64,000 nt of DNA from positions 16,231 through 80,230 of the forward strand of contig CAMDHK010000001.1 of NCBI GenBank assembly GCA_945897965.1, written 5' to 3'. The notes under the pieces were generated by a model, which was given only the letters and a program-made list of their open reading frames with translations, searched no databases and had not been told where the DNA came from. Position 1 is the stretch's first letter, and each line of letters begins with the position of its first letter. The DNA comes from Candidatus Kuenenia stuttgartensis. GTDB lineage: Bacteria > Planctomycetota > Planctomycetia > Gemmatales > Gemmataceae. The translations under genes and the position numbers were made by a program. Of the stretch, positions 55,976-63,382 are shown piece by piece.

Positions 55976-56464
55976 GTGAATCTGCAATCTGTTATCGTAT
56001 CGCAATCCCCAGAAGATAAGTTCAGGGAATACCTTACAACTGGTAACAAATCCCAGCGCTTCACTGGCCAGCAAAGAGATATGGTTCGCTTTATTTTCAG
56101 CCACCATGATCACTTTGATGCAGAAGCCCTCATTTCAGATATGCAGGCCGCTAGCCTAAAAATTAGCAGGGCTACCGCTTATCGAACCCTTAATAAACTT
56201 GTCGATGCTGGCCTTCTTCGCAGGCTAGAACTCGGCACCCGTACCTTCTACGAACACGATTATGGCTACCCACAACACGATCACCTGCAATGCACCAAGT
56301 GTGGCAAAGTGATCGAGTTTCAAAACCCTATCATCGAAGAAGCCATTAAGCAGGCTTCCCTCGCCCACGGTTTTCAAAGTGAAGGGCATTCCTTCATTGT
56401 TCGAGGGGTTTGCAAAGAATGCAACATCGCCCGCATGCCCAAACGTCAACTCGACCTCATCTAA
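55976..56464 (+). CDS. fur: Fur family transcriptional regulator
   Basis: Winged-helix N-domain (RFTGQQRDMVRFIF..HFDAEALI). Metal-binding motifs HDYGYPQHDHLQC, CTKCGKVIEF and CKEC are present. The GTG start is preceded by GAAAGGA. Confidence 0.85.
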   Translation: MNLQSVIVSQSPEDKFREYLTTGNKSQRFTGQQRDMVRFIFSHHDHFDAEALISDMQAASLKISRATAYRTLNKLVDAGLLRRLELGTRTFYEHDYGYPQHDHLQCTKCGKVIEFQNPIIEEAIKQASLAHGFQSEGHSFIVRGVCKECNIARMPKRQLDLI

Positions 56465-56496
56465 AAAAAGAGAGAGAGGCTTTTGGCCACTCTCTC
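56463..56496 (-). terminator. rho-independent terminator of the oxidoreductase gene (may also stop fur transcripts)
   Basis: On the minus strand a GAGAGAG..GGC / GCC..CTCTCTC stem (10 bp with one mismatch, 5-nt loop) is followed by T7. It lies 27 nt after the stop at 56523, between convergent genes. Confidence 0.65.
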
Positions 56497-56522
56497 CCTT
56501 TGAAACATCTCTTTTTTGCGCC

Positions 56523-57980
56523 TTAGATCTTCGCAGGTACCTCGTAACCTTTGCGATAGGGGCGGGTAAGCATCAAATTGGCTTCCGCATCATTGATAAA
56601 GGTTTCAGTCTTAGGATCCATAACCAGTTTTCTGCCAATCGTGACTTTCGTCTTGCTAGCATCCAACTTGTTATCAGCAAGATGGGCCGCCATCCTGCCT
56701 ACAGCTTCGGTAGCCTTTTCATCAAGCCCAGCCACTTTCTCAGAAAGCATTTGATCTTTCCCAAGCCTGTAGCTGATGTTGCCCAAATGGCAAAGTGCGC
56801 TGGAAAGATGGCCTTCAAGAATATCACCATTCAGCATCTCGGGCTTCCTAGCCCTTACTGCCTTGCAGAAATTCTCGAAGTGATGATTATCGCCACCGCC
56901 ACTAAACCGAGCTACTTCTTTATTATCTTTATCAAACACAATTCCCGTGGCATAACTTGGACAGACGATGTAACCATTGGTACCGTAGAAAATGTTCCCA
57001 ACCTTCGTTCCCATGAATTCCTTGGTAGGTAAACCTCGGACTTCAAAAATCAACGCCTTCTCACCATAATCGAAGGAACAAATCTGGGTATTAGGGGTCT
57101 GACCATCATCCTCATAACCCAACCTGCCACCCATGCTAAATACGCCCTTGGGCAATTCCATGGCTTTAAGCGCCCAACGAGCCTTATCCATTTCATGAAT
57201 ACCCTGATTCCCTAAGTCGCCATTGCCGTATTCCCAAATCCAATGCCAATCGTAATGAATTTTATTTCTATGAACGGGATTCATCGGGGCAGGGCCACAC
57301 CACAAATCAAAATCCATGGTCGAAGGAATCGGCTTATCTGCGGCAACTTTACCAATGCTACCTCTGGGCTTGTAGCAAAGCCCACGGGTCATCATGATTT
57401 CACCAATCTTGCCACTGTGGGCGTATTCGATCGATTGTCGCATGCCAGGGTTACTACGGCTTTGCGTACCGGATTGGCAAACCCGATTGTACTTGCGCGC
57501 AGCTTCGACAACCCTTCGGCCTTCGCTAACATTATGGCTCACAGGCTTTTCAACATACACATCTTTTCCTGCCTGTAATGCCCATATCGCCATCAAAGAA
57601 TGCCAATGATTTGGGGTTGCAATGCTTATTACATCAATCGACTTATCATCCAGAAGTTTACGAAAATCTTTCTCGAACTTAGGTGCTTTGCCTTGAACTT
57701 TTTCAATGGTTTTCATGGCATTGCCAATCACCGCTTCATCGCAATCACAAATGGTGGTAACCACGCAATTGTTCTTGCCTGCAAAGCCGCCCACATGGCT
57801 CATGCCTCTGCCATTAACCCCAACCACAGCCACCCTAAGTTGTTCGCCAGAAGCGCCCTTTGCATTTGCAGGCTCCTTGGCTTGGGTATCCACTTTAGAA
57901 AAATCAAGACCAGCAGCAGCAATAGCTGCGCCAACAACGCTATCTTTTACGAATTCCCGGCGATCCATGAAAAAGCTCAT
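56523..57980 (-). CDS. Gfo/Idh/MocA family oxidoreductase with a twin-arginine signal
   Basis: TAT motif DRREFVKDSVVGAAIAAAG, Rossmann segment LRVAVVGVNGRGMSH, and EKP motif (VYVEKPVSHN). Confidence 0.85.
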   Translation of the reverse strand: MSFFMDRREFVKDSVVGAAIAAAGLDFSKVDTQAKEPANAKGASGEQLRVAVVGVNGRGMSHVGGFAGKNNCVVTTICDCDEAVIGNAMKTIEKVQGKAPKFEKDFRKLLDDKSIDVISIATPNHWHSLMAIWALQAGKDVYVEKPVSHNVSEGRRVVEAARKYNRVCQSGTQSRSNPGMRQSIEYAHSGKIGEIMMTRGLCYKPRGSIGKVAADKPIPSTMDFDLWCGPAPMNPVHRNKIHYDWHWIWEYGNGDLGNQGIHEMDKARWALKAMELPKGVFSMGGRLGYEDDGQTPNTQICSFDYGEKALIFEVRGLPTKEFMGTKVGNIFYGTNGYIVCPSYATGIVFDKDNKEVARFSGGGDNHHFENFCKAVRARKPEMLNGDILEGHLSSALCHLGNISYRLGKDQMLSEKVAGLDEKATEAVGRMAAHLADNKLDASKTKVTIGRKLVMDPKTETFINDAEANLMLTRPYRKGYEVPAKI

Positions 57981-58122
57981 TGTTTAATTCCTTGAAAAAG
58001 TTTTAGGTGTGCATATCAGACAATTTAGAATACCCCTAATAAACATTACGAGTCAATCATTTACCATTGATTTCATCATAAAAGATTCACATTCATCAAG
58101 GTTTTGGATAACATGTACTATC

Positions 58123-58596
58123 ATGCTTGAACACTCACAGATTCTGATTTCTACTTTCAAACCAGGCTATGGTTTATTGTTTGAAAACCCTGAAAACTTA
58201 ACGCTATTGGGCAACGCCACTTATAAATCTAGTCTTCTTAGTCAGAATTGGACTGTCTGCGAGGATGATGACAACCCGTTGGTATTTACACTAAACAAGC
58301 TTAAAGTTCCGTTTGCCAACTGGACTATCAGCGATGCCTGCGATCTTACCGTGGGGTTTCTCTATTCCAACCAATTGCTAATGCCTACGAGCAAGATTTA
58401 TTGCTACAGAACTATTAAGTCATCAGGTATTACGGTATGGGAGGACGAAGTTGGCAGCCAATTGGCCAGCCTTCAACCTCAAAGCTCAAAAGCCAACCTG
58501 CTGGTTTTTAATGAACACCAGAGGGGGTTACCCTTTGGCAGGATGCTGATACTTGCAGATTATCTGATTCAATATGGTGCAGAACTGCAGCTTTGA
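58123..58596 (+). CDS. hypothetical protein
   Basis: Open frame with protein-like composition. No motif recognised, and the start is uncertain (ORF-track GTG-type start at 58009, ATG at 58123). Confidence 0.35.
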   Translation: MLEHSQILISTFKPGYGLLFENPENLTLLGNATYKSSLLSQNWTVCEDDDNPLVFTLNKLKVPFANWTISDACDLTVGFLYSNQLLMPTSKIYCYRTIKSSGITVWEDEVGSQLASLQPQSSKANLLVFNEHQRGLPFGRMLILADYLIQYGAELQL

Positions 58597-58697
58597 TCAC
58601 TTCGCGCCTCTTTTGGGGGGTCTGCCATGATTTCCATAATGATTCAAGTTTACCCCCTTTAAAACCCGATGAAATGAGCTACATTAGTTTGTAGATA

Positions 58698-58771
58698 GGG
58701 CGCTTAGCTCAGTTGGCTAGAGCACCAGCTCGACACGCTGGGGGTCACAGGTTCGAATCCTGTAGCGCCCA
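58698..58771 (+). tRNA. tRNA-Val (anticodon GAC), no encoded CCA
   Basis: Manual cloverleaf fold: perfect 7-bp acceptor GGGCGCT/AGCGCCC, D-arm GCTC/GAGC, anticodon stem CCAGC/GCTGG with loop TCGACAC, variable loop GGGTC, and T-arm ACAGG-TTCGAAT-CCTGT. It closely resembles E. coli tRNA-Val(GAC). Confidence 0.9.
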
Positions 58772-58775
58772 TAAA

Positions 58776-58807
58776 AGACCAAGGTTGACACCCTTGGTCT
58801 TTTTTTT
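58776..58807 (+). terminator. rho-independent terminator of the tRNA-Val gene
   Basis: Perfect 9-bp stem AGACCAAGG/CCTTGGTCT, 7-nt loop, followed by T7. Confidence 0.8.
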
Positions 58808-59027
58808 ATTCAACCTTTTGCTCACAATGCCACACTTCTGGCTCAACAAAGGGCAGGAATCCCTTATTCGTTGATATCTTGCTTTAATCCAAGCCAATCG
58901 GCATACTTCAAACCGACCAACACATGGCTAATTGAACGCCGACTCCTTAAAATATTTGGTAGACTCGACCACCGCAGGCTCAGCAATTGAAAGCGCTTAG
59001 CGAAGAATTGTCAGTCCATTAGGCCAT

Positions 59028-59101
59028 CTAGTGTCGCATCTGGCACTTCAATTCCTGAGACAAAATTTGAAACCTTGTCATGTGACAAATGTTACTAGTA
59101 A
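59028..59101. repeat. conserved 74-nt 3' flank, copy A (paralogous to 60892-60965)
   Basis: Manual alignment with copy B gives 68 of 74 identical positions. It lies immediately after the stop codon of the FGE-like lipoprotein gene and ends in the palindrome TTACTAGTAA. Confidence 0.85.
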
Positions 59102-59893
59102 TTATTTTGTCCTCGCCAAACGAAAACCCCCGACGATAACTTGGTCCCCCGGCGTGAGATAATCATCCCTGCAAAAAGAACTAGCAGCCAATTCATCGCC
59201 TCGGAAAGACCCGCCGCGCAACACACGGTAGGTCCCCGTTCTTGGGCCCTTTGGATCTTGCACCAATCCCTTATAATAATCTGCTTTCCAATCTTCACAC
59301 CACTCCCACACATTCCCATGCATATCGTATAAGCCAAAGGCATTTGGCTGGTAACTCCCTACCGCTACCGGTTTGTCTATTTTTGAGCCGCTATAATTTG
59401 CTTCCTTGGGCGTGATATTATCCCCAAACGAATACGCAGTTGTGGTTCCTGCCCTGCAAGAATATTCCCACTCAGCTTCCGTTGGCAATCTAAAACCACC
59501 CGTTGTCTTATCATTCAACTTCTTGATAAACTCCTGGCAATCATTCCACGAAACATTTGTAATCGGCATATTTTCGCCTTTGTTTCGTCTTGGGTCATTA
59601 CCCATTACTGCCTCCCACTGCTCCTGCGTTACCTCATACTTTCCCATGTAATACTGCTTCGTTAATGTTACCTCATGCTGTGGTTCTTTTTTTTCACGAC
59701 CTTTCGATCCCATTATGAACTTCCCCTCAGGAATTAACACCATCTCCAACTTCACATTTTTTTCAAGATCAATCACTTCTATCTTCCCGGGTTTCACTAC
59801 CTGCGCAAGTGTCTCCGCCTTTGCTTGCGGTGCCATTCCTTTGGAACAACCAACCAAACCTAACATCAAGACTGCGCCTAGTATTCTTTTCAT
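59102..59893 (-). CDS. FGE/SUMF1-fold (formylglycine-generating enzyme family) lipoprotein, probably non-catalytic
   Basis: Lipobox LMLGLVGCS. FGE-sulfatase fold motifs are present: RLPTEAEWEYSCRAGTTT, YDMHGNVWEWCEDW, RVLRGGSF. The paired-Cys active-site block of true FGEs is missing (see the finding at 60966-64000). Confidence 0.85.
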   Translation of the reverse strand: MKRILGAVLMLGLVGCSKGMAPQAKAETLAQVVKPGKIEVIDLEKNVKLEMVLIPEGKFIMGSKGREKKEPQHEVTLTKQYYMGKYEVTQEQWEAVMGNDPRRNKGENMPITNVSWNDCQEFIKKLNDKTTGGFRLPTEAEWEYSCRAGTTTAYSFGDNITPKEANYSGSKIDKPVAVGSYQPNAFGLYDMHGNVWEWCEDWKADYYKGLVQDPKGPRTGTYRVLRGGSFRGDELAASSFCRDDYLTPGDQVIVGGFRLARTK

Positions 59894-60144
59894 TTCTCAC
59901 CTCTGGGGATATAGTTAAACCGTAATGCCTTAACTTTAGGGCAACGTGTTTTCGTAATCTATTTAAATCTAAACCGTACACTATATAATCCAGACAATTC
60001 ACGAGCAATTTGAACACCTGTGGTACCCAATACATTCCTTCCTTAACTTAAAGAATTAATCCCTTTAATAAAAAATCTATAGTGATCACGACAATGCTTG
60101 TTACAATTTTTAAAGTTAAGTAACAGCCAATCTAGCGGGGCATC

Positions 60145-60303
60145 ATGAGCGAACTATTAAAAGCAGTCGAAGCAGCAGCGCACAGATTAGCAGCAGCGCA
60201 GGCGAAAAAAGCAGTGATCGAAAGATCGCTTAATGGGATAATAGCAGAGCAGGAACGCAGAGCAGCGGCGAAAGAAGCAGCGAATAAAGCCAAAGATGTT
60301 TAA
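60145..60303 (+). CDS. candidate 52-aa Ala/Lys/Glu-rich small protein
   Basis: ATG..TAA frame encoding MSELLKAVEAAAHRLAAAQAKKAVIERSLNGIIAEQERRAAAKEAANKAKDV. It is below the ORF-track cutoff, lies on the opposite strand to both neighbours, and has only a weak ribosome-binding site. Confidence 0.25.
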   Translation: MSELLKAVEAAAHRLAAAQAKKAVIERSLNGIIAEQERRAAAKEAANKAKDV

Positions 60304-60389
60304 AGCTGAATTGCACCATGCCCTAAAGGCTCATTTCGAGTAAAACTTTTTTCCCAGCCAAGTGGCTATTTCAAAAGCCGATATCACCT

Positions 60390-60860
60390 TCACCATTTCC
60401 AATCCCCAAGTTGGGTGCCGATAAAATGCCGGACATGTTCAACAAAATCTGGTCCAAAGGAACGATTGCCGTGCCCTAACCCCGGCACCACATAAGCCTC
60501 ACCATCGGGAAACAATTTAGCGCAGGCTATTGCAGCCGCAGGTTTCACTAACGGATCATTCTCCCCAACTAAAAACCTTACCCTGCGATGCTTTTCAACT
60601 AGGTGCCGATAAGTCATAGGATTTGCCTGTTGGGTCAGATTGTCGCCTTTGCTAACGGCCTGAAGAACAGACAGAAAATCTAGCGCACCATCAACAATAG
60701 TGGGACCGGGGCCCAGAAAAACATTGGCAACCTTGCCAATCATCCTACCCAAAGGTGAGATTAATAGCGGTGTAATAAATGGTGTGTAGCTTCCCGTAAA
60801 ACCAACTAGGTCTGCGTGGCCAATGGTACCCAGCAAGCGAGAACCGATCCCAAACCTCAT
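60390..60860 (-). CDS. alpha/beta hydrolase fold protein, N-terminally truncated (possible pseudogene remnant)
   Basis: Only the C-terminal ~156 aa of the fold is present (FLVGENDPLV Asp region, PGLGHGN His region). The nucleophile-elbow position reads GHADLVG (Ser replaced by Ala). No Shine-Dalgarno is present. The frame runs upstream into the conserved flank repeat and stops there. Confidence 0.45.
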   Translation of the reverse strand: MRFGIGSRLLGTIGHADLVGFTGSYTPFITPLLISPLGRMIGKVANVFLGPGPTIVDGALDFLSVLQAVSKGDNLTQQANPMTYRHLVEKHRRVRFLVGENDPLVKPAAAIACAKLFPDGEAYVVPGLGHGNRSFGPDFVEHVRHFIGTQLGDWKW

Positions 60861-60891
60861 GAATGCATAGGAGGAAAGTAGCGTACCCCAG

Positions 60892-60965
60892 CTAGTGTCG
60901 TAGCTGGCACTTTAATTCCTGAGACAAAATTTGAAAACTTGTCATGTGAAAAATATTACTAGTAA
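60892..60965. repeat. conserved 74-nt 3' flank, copy B (paralogous to 59028-59101)
   Basis: Same element, immediately after the stop of the Hsp70-FGE fusion gene. This copy contains a 7-bp hairpin CCAGCTA-GTGTCG-TAGCTGG that is not conserved in copy A. Confidence 0.85.
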
Positions 60966-63380
60966 TTATTTTGTCCACGCCAAACGAAACCCGGAGGAGA
61001 GACTAAAGAACCGACCGGTCGGCGTGCGCGAGTTCCGGTAAGAAGAACGAGCATCCGATCCACCGACGTCGCAAGACCCGCCACGCAATATACGGTACTC
61101 TCCCGTCACTGTCCCCTTTGGGTCTGTTACCACACCCGCTGAATAGTAATCCCCGTACCAATCTTCACACCATTCCTCAACGTTTCCGTGCATATCGTAA
61201 AGTCCAAAAGCATTCGACTTGTAACTTCCTACAGCCTTAGGTGAATTAAAAACAAATAGAGTAAAAAAAGACACTAAAATACTTGAGGCATAGTTTGCAT
61301 CCTTGGGGGTGATATTATCCCCAAATGAATAAGCGGTGGTTGTTCCTGCCCTGCAGGCATATTCCCACTCAGCCTCCGTTGGAAGCCTGTAACCACCATT
61401 CGTCTTCGCATTCAACTTCTTTATGAACTCCTGGCAATCTTCCCATGAAACTCCGTGTACTGGTAATTTGGCACCTTTATTGCCACTAGGGTTATTTTCC
61501 ATCAATCCTTCCCATTGTTCTTGCGTTACAGTGTATATTCCTAAGTAAAAGCCTTTGGTAATAATCACCTTATGGGAAGTTTCATTTGAGTTACGGTATT
61601 CTTCTGATTCAGGCGAACCCATCATAAATGTGCCTGGTGGAATCCACGCAAATTTCATCCCCAATTCATTCGTTATAACCTCGCCTGCTTTTTGACCGAC
61701 ATCGTCTTGTGGTTTAACCGGGGGCGTCGGGCGAGAATCATAAAAAAGTTCCTTTGGCATCCCAAGAACCTCGGTCTCAATTTGACTTGCCTGCTCCTTT
61801 GATAAACCCAACTCAGTACTTATGCGAGTCAAATTTTCCAGATCTTTAATTGTAAAATTATGGTTGCCGAGAAAATTCTTAGCCTTAACCTCCTCGCGGT
61901 ATCTTGACAGAATTTCTTTGAGCTTTTTTCCCTTTGGAATCCCAATAATCTCGGTCTCAATTTGACTTGCCTGCTCTTCTGATAAACCCAACTCTGCACT
62001 TATACGAGTCAAATCTTCAAGATCTTTAATTGTAAAATTATGGTTACCGAGAAAATTCTTAGCCTTAACCTCCTCACGGTATCTTGACAGAATTTCTTTG
62101 AGCTTTTGTTCTTGGCATAAATCGTAAAAAAGCTCCTTTGGCATTCCAAAAACCTCAGTCTCAATTCGACTTGCCTCCTCCTTTGACAAACCCAACTGAG
62201 CACTCAAGCGAGTCAAATCTTCCAGGTTTTTAATTGTATAATTCTGTTTGTCAATGAAGTTTTTAACTACCTCTCGGTATCTTTGAGGTTGTGGAGATTG
62301 CTTAGGTATAGTTTTTAATAGAGGTGTGGCTGCTCCGAGAACTGTGGCGTAATCAGAGTGATTCCATTGAAACACCCGTCCTGGAGCTAAGACCTCTATA
62401 GCTTCTTTAAGGCCAGAAAGACGGGAGCCCCCGCCAACTAAAAGTATAGGAATCTCATGGACCTTTACCACATTACTGCATCTGATCAAAAAACGCTTAA
62501 GTCCTTCAACCGTCTTTTCAATATACAGATGCCCACTATCTTTTACCGTCTTAAGAGGTACTTGTAAGGTAATCCCGTTCAAGGATATTGGCTTCTCGCT
62601 TGCTGGATGTCTGGCAAACAATTCCTTGGCCTGGCGGATTTTCACAAGAAAGGCTCCCCTAGAGTTTCTGGCGGAGTCTGCGTCATTGGTTCCGGCCTCT
62701 AGAACTCGGTCCAGAATCGATTCATCGATGTCGTTTCCCCCAGAGGGAAATCCATCCGTGGGTACATCGGGTACAGACTCGAACCTGCCTTTTTCATATC
62801 GCAACAATCCAAAATCGGTAGTCCCCCCCCCAGCATCACAAATTATCACATGATCTGTTGCTAATGTTTTGCCCGCCGTGGACAACCACGCCCTAGCCGC
62901 TGCTACTGGTTCCTCAATCAGCATGATTTGCTTAAAACCAGCAAGCTCAGCAGCCTTACGAATACAATCACGTTGTTTTTCTTCAAAAGAAACGGGGACA
63001 GTCAAAGTGCAAATGTTAAGGTTGATGTTCTTTTCAAGAAAAACTTCTTTCTGACACAACCGGCGAATTAACGAAAAAATATCACTGGCCAATTGAACGC
63101 GCTCGATAGGGGGGCGCCCAGGACCACAACGAACCATGCCCGTTCGATGAATTTCCTTTTTTAAGCCTATTACAATGCCTTCGGGATCGTGGTCTACCAT
63201 CATTAGTGCGTCATCGCCTACCAAGCGATCGCCTTCTTTTGGGATGTAAAAAACCGAAGGAATGATGGCCCTAATTTCTTGGCCCAACTCGATCAACTGG
63301 GGCTCATTCTTGCTGGAATCAAAATAGGCCACCTTTGTCCGGGTGGAACCAAAATCAATAGCAAGACCTAGCGGCTCCAT
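60966..63380 (-). CDS. Hsp70-like ATPase domain / triple helical repeat / FGE-fold domain fusion protein
   Basis: Residues 1-350 form an actin-fold Hsp70 NBD (AIDFGSTRTKVAY, EPVAAA, IICDAGGGTTDFG, ILLVGGGSRL) with no substrate-binding domain. Residues 367-549 are three 60-66-aa repeats. Residues ~570-804 form an FGE-sulfatase fold (RLPTEAEWEYACRAGTTT, YDMHGNVEEWCEDW, RILRGGS). Confidence 0.85.
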   Translation of the reverse strand: MEPLGLAIDFGSTRTKVAYFDSSKNEPQLIELGQEIRAIIPSVFYIPKEGDRLVGDDALMMVDHDPEGIVIGLKKEIHRTGMVRCGPGRPPIERVQLASDIFSLIRRLCQKEVFLEKNINLNICTLTVPVSFEEKQRDCIRKAAELAGFKQIMLIEEPVAAARAWLSTAGKTLATDHVIICDAGGGTTDFGLLRYEKGRFESVPDVPTDGFPSGGNDIDESILDRVLEAGTNDADSARNSRGAFLVKIRQAKELFARHPASEKPISLNGITLQVPLKTVKDSGHLYIEKTVEGLKRFLIRCSNVVKVHEIPILLVGGGSRLSGLKEAIEVLAPGRVFQWNHSDYATVLGAATPLLKTIPKQSPQPQRYREVVKNFIDKQNYTIKNLEDLTRLSAQLGLSKEEASRIETEVFGMPKELFYDLCQEQKLKEILSRYREEVKAKNFLGNHNFTIKDLEDLTRISAELGLSEEQASQIETEIIGIPKGKKLKEILSRYREEVKAKNFLGNHNFTIKDLENLTRISTELGLSKEQASQIETEVLGMPKELFYDSRPTPPVKPQDDVGQKAGEVITNELGMKFAWIPPGTFMMGSPESEEYRNSNETSHKVIITKGFYLGIYTVTQEQWEGLMENNPSGNKGAKLPVHGVSWEDCQEFIKKLNAKTNGGYRLPTEAEWEYACRAGTTTAYSFGDNITPKDANYASSILVSFFTLFVFNSPKAVGSYKSNAFGLYDMHGNVEEWCEDWYGDYYSAGVVTDPKGTVTGEYRILRGGSCDVGGSDARSSYRNSRTPTGRFFSLSSGFRLAWTK
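61734..62282. repeat. in-frame tandem repeat, three units (two of exactly 180 nt, about 93 percent identical)
   Basis: 61751-61927 aligned to 61931-62107 gives about 12 mismatches over about 177 nt by manual count. A third, more divergent unit follows at 198-nt spacing. Each unit encodes R-Y-R-E-E-V-K-A-K-N-F-L-G-N-H-N-F-T-I-K-D-L-E-D-L-T-R-I-S-A-E-L-G-L-S-x-E-Q-A-S-Q-I-E-T-E. Confidence 0.9.
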
Positions 63381-63382
63381 GA

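Noticed and set aside
56379-57995. Several 70-217-aa plus-strand ORFs antisense to the Gfo/Idh/MocA gene. Similar antisense ORFs lie within dxs, lysC, the PP2C gene, glyQS and the efflux genes.
   Set aside because: Each lies inside a longer ORF on the other strand or frame that carries clear family motifs. Their translations are low-complexity or Arg/Ser/Cys-rich, as expected for antisense frames.
58727-58737. Alternative reading of the tRNA anticodon loop with T58730 as U33 and anticodon CGA.
   Set aside because: That register leaves only one of five anticodon-stem pairs and puts a pyrimidine at position 37. The tRNA also has a short variable arm, which is incompatible with tRNA-Ser. The GAC (Val) reading is the only consistent fold.
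61734-62282. Regularly spaced 180-nt repeats that could be mistaken for a CRISPR-like or satellite array.
   Set aside because: The units are contiguous with no unique spacers, they are far longer than CRISPR repeats, and they are in frame within a long ORF, where they encode a repeated helical module.
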